This document shows, one piece after another, positions 34,001 through 43,853 of a stretch of DNA of 64,000 bases. The notes beneath the pieces were generated by a model, which was not told the origin of the DNA, did not search any database, and saw only the letters and a list, made by a program, of their open reading frames with translations. The position numbers and the translations under genes were made by a program. Each line of letters starts with the position of its first letter. Position 1 is the first letter of the stretch. The DNA is from Thecamonas trahens ATCC 50062 (Eukaryota; Protista; Apusomonadida): assembly GCF_000142905.1 (NCBI RefSeq), contig NW_013657649.1, forward strand, positions 331,033 to 395,032, read 5' to 3'.

Positions 34001-36790
34001 ATGTACTCTTCGCGGTACGCAGGGAGCGAGACGGTGTCGGACCATGGCCACTCGGAGCAAGTAGAGGTCGGGGGCTCTTCTTCCTCCTCCTCCTCGTCTT
34101 CTTCTCCTTCCTCCACTCGCACCTCGCCCAACGTGGCCCGCAAGAGTCGCTCCGAGTCTAACGTGTCGGGCGTGGGCGACTTGCTGGCCTCGTCGGCCTC
34201 GTCGACCTCAGCACGGGCTGACCGGGCTGACCGGGCTGACCGTGGTGACCGTGGTGACCAGGCTGGTTCTGGGCAGCAAGCCAAGTACATGTCGTCGCCC
34301 TCGGGCTCGTCGGACTGTGGTCAGGATGGTGTGCTTCTGGAAGAGGTCAAGCGCTCGCGGTCGCGGGCCGGACGGTCGTACAACGACGGTCCGCGGTCTC
34401 GCCGCTCGCGCTCCCGCCAGCCATCGAACGCTCAGCCGCCGTCCTCTGGCCCGCCGCGGGGGCGGCGGCGGCGCTCGCGCTCACTCAAGCCACAGGCGCT
34501 GACAAGCGTTGGCGCAGGGCCGTCGAGCAAGCGGGCAAAGACTTCGCGTGATTCGTCGGGCCGCTCGTCACCCACGCCTCCCGATGACAATGGGATTGGC
34601 GCTGCGTCTACACGCGGCCGAATCGTGGAAGACACAGATGCCGACGCCGGCGCCGGCCGCAGCAGCTTGGGTGTCTTGGGCGAGGGCGGAAGAGGCTCGG
34701 CCGACAGCGCCGCGGCGGATGAGCGGGCAGCGACGGCGACGCTCGCGCCCGCCGATGGCGATGGCGACGGCGACGGCGACGACGAGACCCGGTTCCCGTT
34801 TCCCAAGTGTTCAGACCCGGGGCTCCTTGTGGAAGTCCTCATCTACATGGCCTTTCTCATTGTGTTCTCGTTGGTGGTCTTCAACATGCGCGACCCGTTG
34901 TACTCGTTCCTCCACAATGACAACATGAAGGATCTGTTTCTCGACGAGGAGTTTCCGGGCATCGACGTGCTGAAGACGTTCCGCGACGTGGCGACCAAGG
35001 AAGAGTTCTGGCAGTTTTTGCATGGCCCATTCATCAATGGCTTGCTCGGCGACTTTGGCGCCGGCGAGGGTGTCATCTACGGCGTCAACTGGCTCGTCGG
35101 CTCGGCGCGGATGCGGCAAGTCCGTGTCAAGCCCGCGCTGTGCGACGTTCACGCCGACTTTTTCCCGCTCATCACCCAGTGCTACGGCCGGTACGCGATC
35201 GGCGAGGAGGACCGCGAGCCGTACGGGCCCGGCGACGCATGGACATACCGCTCGTGCGGCGAGCTCGGTTCGGTCTGCAAGCAGTACGCGCGTCTGCGGC
35301 GGTACGACGGCGGCGGATATACGCAGGACTTTGGCGCTGGCACTCTAGCGACCGAGTCAGCTCGGCTGGCGGCGCTTGAGGCCGACAACTGGGTCGACTT
35401 GCAGACGCGGGCCGTCTTTATTGACTTTACCACCTACAACCCGACGGTCAACTTGTTTCTGGTGGCGCAGCTCCAGTTTGAGTTTATGCCCTCTGGCGGC
35501 GTGTATCCCGACTTTAAGTTCCGGGTCCTCCGCCTCTATCGGTACGAGGGCACCAACGGGACGCTGCAGCTTGTGGGCGAGCTCGCGATTGCCATCTTTG
35601 TCTGTCTGTTCTTCCTTGAGGAGCTGGTGCAGATGTGCGTGTCGTGTCTCCGCTCGCGGCGGGTCCGGGCGCTGCGGGCGCAGGGCATTCTGGTAGAGTC
35701 GCGCCAGACGCCGTACTTTCGCGACGCGTGGAACTACGTGGACCACCTCAACATTGTCTTCTTCCTCGTCGTCTTTTACTGCCGGTACAAGGTCGACGCG
35801 AACTTTGACGCGCTCAACTTGGTGCCGTCGGACCGGTCGACCTATTTTGACTTTACGCGGCCGGTCATGTGGGACGCGGCCGAGAAGTCGCTTCTTGCTT
35901 GTAACGCCTTCCTCCTCTGGTTCAAAGTCTTCAAGTTTGCCGTCTTTGCGCCGCGAATGGGCATGATTGCCAAGGTTGTGGGCAAGGCCTTTCTCCCGCT
36001 CTTTTTCTTCATCTTTATGTTCATGTTTGTCCTCTTTGGCTTTGCCCAGGCTGGCGCGCTCGCCTTTGGCTCGGACGTCGAGGGCTACGATACGCTCGGG
36101 ACAACCATCTTTACCATGCTCCTCGCCACGCTCGGCGAGTTTGACTTTGAGGGCCTTCGCCACTCCAACCGCGGCTTTGGTCCGTTCTTCTTTTTCACCT
36201 TTATCATCCTCATCTTTTTCATTGTCCTCTCCATGTTCCTCGCCATTGTCGACAACGCGTACGACGAGGTCTCGGAAGAGCTCCGGCGCTCGCAGGAGCC
36301 GTCGGTCTTTGCCAAGGCGCTCGCCTGGTTCTCGACGACCAAGGTCGGCTCGCGGATGGCGTCGTTCCTCGAGCTGCAGGATAAGCTGACCGAGATTCGC
36401 CGGGCCATCGAGATCGGCGACCTCAACCACGACGGCAAGATCTCGAAGAAGGAACTGCAGATCATCATGGACTCGAAGCGCGAGTACTTTGAGGGCACTG
36501 CCGCCGACCTGATGGAGCGCTATGACGTCGACAACGACAACATGCTCTCCGAGGCCGAGCGCGCCCGGTTCTATGCCGACATGGAGCGCGAGCAGACGGC
36601 CATCGCTTCTAAGATCGTCTCGCTCCGCGAGGCCAACTCGGAAGAGTTTACCCTCCTCTTTGACCTTCTCTCCGACCGCATCTCCACCGTAGAGTCGCGC
36701 CTGGCTGTCCAGCTGGCCCTGCTGGAGGCGCGGGTCAAGGAGGAGGCCCAGCGGCTCGGCCGTGCCCGTCTCGGCTCCAGCCGCCCGTAG
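34001..36790 (+). CDS. PKD2: Polycystin-2 / TRPP cation channel with EF-hands and a coiled coil
   Basis: TOP domain (RMRQVRV, YDGGGY, WVDLQTRAVFIDFTTYNPTVNLF), six TM segments, pore LGEFDF, S6 LSMFLAIVDNAYDEV, EF-hand loops DLNHDGKISKKE and DVDNDNMLSEAE. Confidence 0.92.
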   Translation: MYSSRYAGSETVSDHGHSEQVEVGGSSSSSSSSSSPSSTRTSPNVARKSRSESNVSGVGDLLASSASSTSARADRADRADRGDRGDQAGSGQQAKYMSSPSGSSDCGQDGVLLEEVKRSRSRAGRSYNDGPRSRRSRSRQPSNAQPPSSGPPRGRRRRSRSLKPQALTSVGAGPSSKRAKTSRDSSGRSSPTPPDDNGIGAASTRGRIVEDTDADAGAGRSSLGVLGEGGRGSADSAAADERAATATLAPADGDGDGDGDDETRFPFPKCSDPGLLVEVLIYMAFLIVFSLVVFNMRDPLYSFLHNDNMKDLFLDEEFPGIDVLKTFRDVATKEEFWQFLHGPFINGLLGDFGAGEGVIYGVNWLVGSARMRQVRVKPALCDVHADFFPLITQCYGRYAIGEEDREPYGPGDAWTYRSCGELGSVCKQYARLRRYDGGGYTQDFGAGTLATESARLAALEADNWVDLQTRAVFIDFTTYNPTVNLFLVAQLQFEFMPSGGVYPDFKFRVLRLYRYEGTNGTLQLVGELAIAIFVCLFFLEELVQMCVSCLRSRRVRALRAQGILVESRQTPYFRDAWNYVDHLNIVFFLVVFYCRYKVDANFDALNLVPSDRSTYFDFTRPVMWDAAEKSLLACNAFLLWFKVFKFAVFAPRMGMIAKVVGKAFLPLFFFIFMFMFVLFGFAQAGALAFGSDVEGYDTLGTTIFTMLLATLGEFDFEGLRHSNRGFGPFFFFTFIILIFFIVLSMFLAIVDNAYDEVSEELRRSQEPSVFAKALAWFSTTKVGSRMASFLELQDKLTEIRRAIEIGDLNHDGKISKKELQIIMDSKREYFEGTAADLMERYDVDNDNMLSEAERARFYADMEREQTAIASKIVSLREANSEEFTLLFDLLSDRISTVESRLAVQLALLEARVKEEAQRLGRARLGSSRP

Positions 36791-36794
36791 CGGA

Positions 36795-39776
36795 TCACCC
36801 AACTCTGATGACAAGCCGCTGCAGCAGCTCGGGCGTGACTGCTCGCTCATACGCCGCAAGCAGTCGCAGCCCGCGATTGTTGATGGGAGTTTGCTCCAGG
36901 AGCTCGCCGAGTGTGGTCACGACAAAGCCAAACTTGACTCGCATGCCCGGGTCCGGCGTCCATGGCGCCGGCGGGAGCTCACCGGCATCGCCAACCTGGA
37001 TGTCCGGAAGTGAGAGCCGGGTGCCAGCGTTGCCGGCCCACAGCCGCCACTCGCCGGCGAGCGAGCCAACGCCGACGAGCACGGCCTGAAACATGAGGCT
37101 CAGCGCCCGCTCAGCAGTCATGCTCGCCAGCGCGTTGCTGCGGGTTATGCCGAGCCCATGCGCGGCCGTGACCGTCGCCTTCAGCGCGGCGGCGGCGGCG
37201 GCGTCGTCGACGCCGGCCACCGCGGCCAGCGCCGTGAGACAGAGCTCGTCGAGCGGATCCGGCGGCGCCAGTCGCATCCACCCGTCCAGGCGTGGGAGAA
37301 GTGGCTCGCTCGGGTGCCAGGTGAGCGTGACCGGGCAGAGGAACTCGGTCGGCTGGTAGCCCATCTTGTATGCCATCCGCTCGTTGCCGGGCACATAGTA
37401 CACCATGTAGTAGTAGCTTGCCACGTCCGGGTGGCCTACCACCCACTCGATCTCCTGCAGCACCGAGTACACGCCGAGCTTGAGAAAGGCAAGATCCGGG
37501 TCGTACATGCAGTAGTTGGAGACGAGCGCGCCGGGCACGATGTCAACCGCGCACACCATTACTAGTGCATTGTCGATGTAGTACCGGTAGTGCCAGGCGC
37601 CGTAGTGGTGAGCTACGCCGTCGGTCGCGTCGTCGGTGACAAACGGGTCGTTGACAAAGGTGTTCCGGAACTTGGACGGCGTCACCTCCGTGTCGTTGTG
37701 GAGCGCGGCCTGGTACTTGACGTACAAGTTGTAGGTCGGCTTGTGAAAGTACGGCCTGACACGCTCGACACGCAGCGTGTGGGGCGCCGGGTTGGCACCA
37801 TCGCGCGGCTCCCACTCACCGGCCAGGAATCGACGCATGCGCACCAGCACCCGCCGCTTGGAGCGCGACGGCCGGAACTCGCTCGCCAGCAGCCGGATCT
37901 GGTACTGCGGACAGCACGAGGCAGCGTTCTCGGGCCAGTAGAGCGAGAGGCCGTAGCGCGAGAAGCCACGATCGATGAGGAGCGCGTAGTCCTCCGGCCG
38001 CAGCGCGAGGGCCAGGAAGACACAGTACGTCCGGCACGACTCGCCCTTGCGGTGGCAGTATGCGCACTCGCTGGCGTGAAAGGTCTTGTTGCAGAGGCCA
38101 ACGAGTGAGCCGCCATGCAGCGCGTTTCGAGCGTTCCACTGCCGCACCGTCTCGGCATCTGCTCGCGCGTTCGCGTCCTCGGCCGCTTCTCGAGCTGCGA
38201 CCTCGACAGGCGTCTCCGGTGCAGCCTCGAGCGCAGCTGCGTTGCTCGTAGCCTGGGAGGCGGCACCGGGGTCGACTGCCAGCTGGGACAGCCGCGACAT
38301 TGTCTGTTGCGTGGCCTGGTCCGCAGAGTGCTCGCTCGGCCAGGGTCCCGCTTGCCATGACGCGAGCCGGCGGCGGAGCGCAACAAGTGCGGCGTCATCG
38401 CCGTCGAGGTCGGCGACAAGCGCAAGGTGCGCCGACTCGCTGGGCGTGAGACGCGCAGACTCAGGCAAGTTGGCAAAGTAGTATACCGTGGCCGGGAGGC
38501 CAGAGTGTGGCGGCACGAGCTGGAGGGCGGCTAGCGAGTCGCGGGTGCGGAGGAGGCCATGCGGCGAGCAGGCAGCGAGTTTGGCGGCAGCCTCCAGGTG
38601 GCCGGCGTCAACGAGGCGGCCAAAGGCGGATTGGAGGAGGGCAGGCCCATTGATGCGGACGGCGAAGACGTGGCCACGGTTTGTCACAAAGGTGAATCCT
38701 GCAGCATCAGAGCTGACAGTGGTTGCAAGCAATGCGTCGTAGGTGACCCGGGTCGTGGAGAGGCACGATCCCGAGCCAAGGTCAAAGACATGGGCGTAGC
38801 CAAGCTGAGTGATGCAGACAACAGCGTTGCATGTGGACAGGGCATGGAGCGCAAGTGGAACGTCGTCGGCGGCATCGGGCGGGTGCACAAGCGGAACGGT
38901 TTGCCGGGCTACCGCGGCAGTGGTGCCGCTCTTGGCGATGTCTACCATGCTGACGACTGCGTGAGCGCCGGTACCCGCAGCGTAGACCAGAACCAACACG
39001 CCAGTCTCGTAGACAACAAAGGCGCAAGCGCGGCCGCTAACGTGTCTTGTCGGCTCACCAAACAGCGAGCAGAGCTGCACCGCGCCGCCGTCGGCGCGCA
39101 CGCCGGCGACAGCCAGCCATCTCGAGTCGGGCGAGATGCAGCACGAGGTGATGGCAGCGCCGTCAAGCTCGGGGATGCGGTGAGCGACGTGGAGAGGGCT
39201 CGGCTCTGAGGCGACGTGCCAGCAGTAGACGGCCATGGTGGTGATGAGCGCCAGGGTGTTGTCATTGAGCCATGTGACAAGCTCGACGTCGTTGTCCATG
39301 ACACACCTTCGGACAGCGGTGCCGAGCTTGAGATCGACGACTTTGATGCTCCGAGCCGAGCGCAGGACCAGGACACCCCCACCTGGTTTGAGCAGGGCAT
39401 CGTCGACGTCTACATCCAAGATCACAACCTGGCCAGGATCCGCTATGTCGACCATGACGATCCTGGCCTCGTCCTCGACCGACTCGCGGACACAGAGATG
39501 GCTCTCCGACTCGAGCGAGACAGCCCCCGCGACCAAGGCCTCGCCGTCGATTCCCAGGTCCGACAGCTGCAGACAAAGAGAACGGTAGTGAGTCTCAGAT
39601 AGTTGCTCTGTCTGCTGCTGCTGCCCACCCGGTGCAACCATCCCCTCGACCTCCTCCATCACCACCATCGACGACTGACGACCGATGACCGACGACCGTT
39701 CCTGCAGGTGGGGATAGCCATGGCGTACCTTGAGAAGCTTGTGCAGAGTGAGTGGTCTGGCACGTGTGGCAGCCAT
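36795..39776 (-). CDS. Clathrin heavy-chain terminal domain/linker fused to arginyl-tRNA-protein transferase (ATE1); probable intron 39567..39728
   Basis: Removing the 162-nt intron (GTACGC...GACTCAC...CTGCAG) gives a CHC-like start PLTLHKLLK-LSDLGI...SLESESHLCVRE. It continues ITQLGYAHVFDL and AAAKLAACSPHGLLRT. ATE1 motifs follow in the same frame: CAYC, LIDRGFSRYG, CCPQYQIRL, YVKYQ, YDPD, LGVYS, YYYM, MAYK. Confidence 0.85.
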   Translation of the reverse strand: MAATRARPLTLHKLLKVRHGYPHLQERSSVIGRQSSMVVMEEVEGMVAPGGQQQQTEQLSETHYRSLCLQLSDLGIDGEALVAGAVSLESESHLCVRESVEDEARIVMVDIADPGQVVILDVDVDDALLKPGGGVLVLRSARSIKVVDLKLGTAVRRCVMDNDVELVTWLNDNTLALITTMAVYCWHVASEPSPLHVAHRIPELDGAAITSCCISPDSRWLAVAGVRADGGAVQLCSLFGEPTRHVSGRACAFVVYETGVLVLVYAAGTGAHAVVSMVDIAKSGTTAAVARQTVPLVHPPDAADDVPLALHALSTCNAVVCITQLGYAHVFDLGSGSCLSTTRVTYDALLATTVSSDAAGFTFVTNRGHVFAVRINGPALLQSAFGRLVDAGHLEAAAKLAACSPHGLLRTRDSLAALQLVPPHSGLPATVYYFANLPESARLTPSESAHLALVADLDGDDAALVALRRRLASWQAGPWPSEHSADQATQQTMSRLSQLAVDPGAASQATSNAAALEAAPETPVEVAAREAAEDANARADAETVRQWNARNALHGGSLVGLCNKTFHASECAYCHRKGESCRTYCVFLALALRPEDYALLIDRGFSRYGLSLYWPENAASCCPQYQIRLLASEFRPSRSKRRVLVRMRRFLAGEWEPRDGANPAPHTLRVERVRPYFHKPTYNLYVKYQAALHNDTEVTPSKFRNTFVNDPFVTDDATDGVAHHYGAWHYRYYIDNALVMVCAVDIVPGALVSNYCMYDPDLAFLKLGVYSVLQEIEWVVGHPDVASYYYMVYYVPGNERMAYKMGYQPTEFLCPVTLTWHPSEPLLPRLDGWMRLAPPDPLDELCLTALAAVAGVDDAAAAAALKATVTAAHGLGITRSNALASMTAERALSLMFQAVLVGVGSLAGEWRLWAGNAGTRLSLPDIQVGDAGELPPAPWTPDPGMRVKFGFVVTTLGELLEQTPINNRGLRLLAAYERAVTPELLQRLVIRVG

Positions 39777-40376
39777 CCTGCACAGAGAAGAAGGAGACCT
39801 TGTATATTGCGCACGCGCGCGTGTGTGTGTGTGTGTGGGGGGGGGGGGGGTGCGTGTGGTGCAGGTCGTCGAGGGCAGGTGGCCTTGGTGTGGTTGGGGG
39901 GAGCTTGTGCCGGTCTTGAGGCTTCATTGATGATGCGAACGGATAACCCAAGAACAGCTTTGACAGAGCCAGACAGAACAGGTTTTGAGCACGCGCAGGA
40001 GGGGGGGGGGGGGGGGGGGGGGCTACTTCTCACCACCGATGACCACCATCACCCCCTAGTATACCTTGCCCATGATAGTAACCACATCCCCAACCTTTCT
40101 GATCCATCCATTCAACTCGCAAGTTGGCGAGCTGGCAGTCCTCCTAATCTTTGCACATCAATGGACGGAGCGGTGAAGCGGACGAGTGGCACCGTGGTTC
40201 ATCGTCTGTTCCACATCAGGAACATTGGCCACACCGGACGACGACGCCAGCAACCAGCCAGACGCACCAACCACCGCCACACGACTCGACCGACCACGAG
40301 CACACACATACACACATAGAGAAAGCAAGAAAGAGAGAGAGAGAGACGTACAGAGGTGCATACACATATAACTGTC

Positions 40377-41561
40377 ATGGCTGTGGGTGCACGGAGCAGG
40401 CCATGGGTTTGGTCGCCTCGTGACGAGGCCGCCGAGCCTGAGCCGGCCTACCACGAGTACCCTGCTGGTGGTACAGGCGCTGCCGCTGTACCTGCGGAGG
40501 CTACCATATCGAGTGGAGCCAGATCACATGCTTATGCCCAGTCCCAGGGGTATGCCCCCGCCCAGTCTCAGGGGTATGCCCCCGCCCAGTCTCAGGGGTA
40601 TGCCCCCGCCCAGTCTCAGGGGTATGCCCATGCCCAGTCTCAGGGGTATGCCCCCGCCCAGTCTCAGGGGTATGCCCCCGCCCAGTCTCAGGGGTATGCC
40701 CCCGCCCAGTCTCAGGGGTATGCCCACGATCAGACGCCTGGCCACGGCTACAGCTACAGCCCGTACGCCGCCACCCAGAGCCCGAGCCCGTACCCGGCGG
40801 CTAGCCCGTACGCTGCGCGGGATCCGTATGCTGCGAGCGATGGTCCGGCAGGCGGTGGCAACCCGGCGTTCCTCGGCACCGCAGCGTATGCTGGTGCCGG
40901 GGCGACGCTCGGCGCAAACCAGACGGCGGCTTCATACCACGGCTACACCCAGCAGACCCCAGCTGCTGCTCTGACCGCGAGTCCGTATGGGCAGGGATAC
41001 GGCCAGGACTACGCCGGTGGCTACGGCCAGGGCTACGCCGGTGGCTACGGCCAGGGCTACGCCGGTGGCTACGACCAGGGCTACGCCCAGGGCTACGGTT
41101 ACGAACCATACGGCGCAACTGGCGGTGGCGGCGCCGTGCTGGGTGCACCGACCGCCGGTGCGGCTACTGGTGCTGCCACTGTTGGCAGCTACAGCCAGGG
41201 CGCGAGTCCGCTACTGGCGTCGATGCGCGGCGGCAGCAACACCCGCCCGCGGCTCGGCGCCGACGAGCCCTCATACTCGGACTCGGACGACGAGCCAGAG
41301 CCGATGGCCCGTGGGCCTGCGCTCCACGCCGTAGCTTCCACGACCGGCTTTGACGCCAGCACTGCGAGCGCCGACAAGCTGCCGATGGCCGCCGTCTACC
41401 ACTCGCCGTATGCCCCGCAGGCTGCCACAGCCCCTCCTAAGCCGACGTCGATCAAGGAGCTCATCCGCCGAAACGCAGCAGTGCAAAAGGTCGGAACGCA
41501 AAAGCGCCGCGGCCGCGCCCCCAAGGCCCGCGGCGGCAAGAAGAAGGGCAAAAAAAGGTAG
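40377..41561 (+). CDS. Low-complexity Q/S/G/Y/A/P-rich protein with a basic C-terminal tail
   Basis: Open ORF with in-frame tandem repeats, ending RRGRAPKARGGKKKGKKR. Confidence 0.75.
   Translation: MAVGARSRPWVWSPRDEAAEPEPAYHEYPAGGTGAAAVPAEATISSGARSHAYAQSQGYAPAQSQGYAPAQSQGYAPAQSQGYAHAQSQGYAPAQSQGYAPAQSQGYAPAQSQGYAHDQTPGHGYSYSPYAATQSPSPYPAASPYAARDPYAASDGPAGGGNPAFLGTAAYAGAGATLGANQTAASYHGYTQQTPAAALTASPYGQGYGQDYAGGYGQGYAGGYGQGYAGGYDQGYAQGYGYEPYGATGGGGAVLGAPTAGAATGAATVGSYSQGASPLLASMRGGSNTRPRLGADEPSYSDSDDEPEPMARGPALHAVASTTGFDASTASADKLPMAAVYHSPYAPQAATAPPKPTSIKELIRRNAAVQKVGTQKRRGRAPKARGGKKKGKKR
40536..40727 (+). repeat. Coding tandem repeat, 8 x 24 nt (AQSQGYAP/H)
   Basis: GCCCAGTCTCAGGGGTATGCCCCC units; copies 4 and 8 end in His, implying a 96-nt higher-order duplication. 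Confidence 0.95.
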
Positions 41562-41851
41562 CTCGTACCGCCCGTCCCAGAGAAGGCCACATCCCCCCCG
41601 TCATGCCATCAGCCGGCCAATCTGTTGCAAAGGTCGCCGCTCGTGCGCCCGAGCGAGCCAATTTGCTCTCCTTGTTGTTTTTTGGATGACGTGACACCAG
41701 GGCGTTCCCCACCAAACCCACACGTGAATTGCCAGTCGCCGCACAGAGTCAGCGCCTCACTACACACCCTCCTTTGAAGCCCCCACGCCCACAGCTCGAT
41801 CACCACTTGACTCGTCCGGTTTTTTTTTGTCTAGCCTTTGTACAAGCTACT

Positions 41852-43000
41852 ATGTCTGCTTCTGACGCCCACCCGCTCTTCCAGCCGCTGACGATCGGCC
41901 CTGTGACTCTGCCGAACCGCATTGTCCAGGCGCCTTGCACGCGTGACCGTGCCGACAATGACGACGACCGTGTGCCGACGCTGCCGCGGATGGCAGACCA
42001 CTACGCCATGCGGGCCAAGCACGAGTTCGGCCTGCTCATTGCCGAGGCCACGCTGGTTTCGCGCGACGGCGCGGGCTACATCTGCACGCCGGGCATCTAC
42101 TCGCCGGAGCAGATCGAGGCGTGGAAGGCCATCACGCAGGCGTGCCGCGAGGCCAACCCGCGGGTCCCGTTCTTCTGCCAGCTCTGGCACTGCGGCCGCC
42201 ACTCGCACCGGCTGTTCCAGGCCGACGGCGAGCTCCCTGTGGCGCCGTCGGCCATCCCCATCGGCGGCAAAGACGAGAAGCTGGTGCCTGGATGGAAGAA
42301 GGTGCCGTACGAGGCGCCTCGCGAGGCGACACTTGAGGAGATGCGCGGCTTCCCGGCCGTCTTTGCTGCCGCCGCCCGCAACTCGATCGAGGCCGGCTTT
42401 GACGGCGTCGAGATCCACTCGGCGAACGGGTACCTGCTCGACCAGGCGCTCCGCGACGGCTCCAACCAGCGGACCGACGAGTATGGCGGCTCCATCGAGA
42501 ACCGCGCTCGCCTGCTGCTCGAGACCACAGTGGCCGTCATCGAGGCCGTCGGCGACTCGAAGCGCGTCGGCGTCCGCCTCTCCCCCGCCGGCCTCAACGG
42601 CGACATGACCGACTCGAACCCTGTCGCCCTCTTCTCGTATGTCATGACCGAGCTCGACAAGCTCAACCTCGGGTACATTCACTTTAACGAGGAGAAGCCT
42701 GACGACGTCGAGTTCGACTTTGCCCACCTCGCCGGCCAGGCGCCCAACACTCCCATCATCGCCTGCTTCCGCTACGACCTCGACCGCGCCACCAAGACGC
42801 TCAAGGCCTCCGGCGGCTACGCTGACGCCATTGCATGGGGTCAGTGGCAGGTCGCCAACCCGGACCTGCCCATCCGCTTCCGCCGCGCCATCGACTCGGG
42901 TGAGGAGCCTGTCCTCAACCCCATCGACTGGCCCACGGTCTTTGCCGAGGGCGACGAGGGCTACAACACGTACCCAACCCTTGACGAGGCCACCGAGTGA
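41852..43000 (+). CDS. Old Yellow Enzyme family NADH:flavin oxidoreductase (alkene reductase)
   Basis: LPNRIVQAP.TR, GLLIAEAT, QLWHCGR, AGFDGVEIHSANGYLLDQ, RTDEYGGSIENRAR, VGVRLSP, ANPDL. Confidence 0.95.
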   Translation: MSASDAHPLFQPLTIGPVTLPNRIVQAPCTRDRADNDDDRVPTLPRMADHYAMRAKHEFGLLIAEATLVSRDGAGYICTPGIYSPEQIEAWKAITQACREANPRVPFFCQLWHCGRHSHRLFQADGELPVAPSAIPIGGKDEKLVPGWKKVPYEAPREATLEEMRGFPAVFAAAARNSIEAGFDGVEIHSANGYLLDQALRDGSNQRTDEYGGSIENRARLLLETTVAVIEAVGDSKRVGVRLSPAGLNGDMTDSNPVALFSYVMTELDKLNLGYIHFNEEKPDDVEFDFAHLAGQAPNTPIIACFRYDLDRATKTLKASGGYADAIAWGQWQVANPDLPIRFRRAIDSGEEPVLNPIDWPTVFAEGDEGYNTYPTLDEATE

Positions 43001-43029
43001 TGGCGAGCAGTAACACCACCATAGCACCC

Positions 43030-43853
43030 TCACTGACCGGTAAGCGAAGCCCATGCGACTGCAGACATGCCCGCGGGCCGCGGGCCTGCGCCTGTACCTC
43101 CGCCTGCGCCTGGCGCTGCCGACGACGACGACGACGCCGCTGCGCGCGACTCGCCTTTGCTCGCCTCGATGGCGGCCATCAGCTGCGAGGTGGCCTTGGC
43201 CTTCTTGGCCGGCGGGCCATGGGGCTCGCCACCATCTCCGGCCTCGCGGCTCCGCTTGGCCTTACTCTTGCCTTTGGCCTTGGCCTTCTTCTTGGCCTTG
43301 GCCGCCGCCCGCGCTGCCGCCAGCCGGGCCACCAGCTCCTCGCGCTGAGCGTCGTCGGGATCGACAACGATGCCGTCGGCGTCGAGGTCAAAGCCAGCCG
43401 CACAGGTAAAGCATTGCCCGCCAGCGTCGACGTCCCGAAAGGCGCGAGCGGCAAAGACGTGTCCGCAGCGCAGAGCCACAAACTGCACTGAGCCGTCCAT
43501 CGGCAGCTGTGTGATGGGGCAGAGGTGGACGACGGCATGCCCGCCGGCGTCGATGCTGGTTGGCGGCGGCTGGAGGACCACATCGCGCAGATCGCGGGTC
43601 TTGTGAATGTATGCCAACGCCTGCGGCAAGGTCTTGAGCAGCAGCGCCTCCAGCAGCGCCTCCTTGTTGAACAGCCGTCCGTACGGCCCAACCACTGCCG
43701 CGTGAGGATCGAGCGGCTGCTGCGAGAGCGCGCAAGTCGTCGCCACCGCCGCCGCTCGCGCCCGCTTGGCCGCCGCCGCCCGTGCTGCGCTCTCGGCCCC
43801 CCCACTCGCACCATCTCCTTCCGCTGCGGAATAGACCCGCCGTCGCCACCCAT
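43030..43853 (-). CDS. RTF2: Replication termination factor 2 (RTF2) homolog; one missing base in the G run at 43797-43803
   Basis: N-terminus MGGDGGSIPQRKEMV, then in the next frame CALSQQPL...GRLFNKEALLEALL...HLCPIT...RCGHVF...CFTC. Confidence 0.88.

Noticed and set aside
29773-34161. Long ORFs running through N gaps
   Set aside because: Their length comes from X residues; only the flanking coding parts were kept.
41815-41851. Poly-T...TAG just upstream of the OYE ATG as a trans-splice or 5' UTR intron acceptor
   Set aside because: No convincing donor or branch site, and it is a single instance; it cannot be supported without transcripts.
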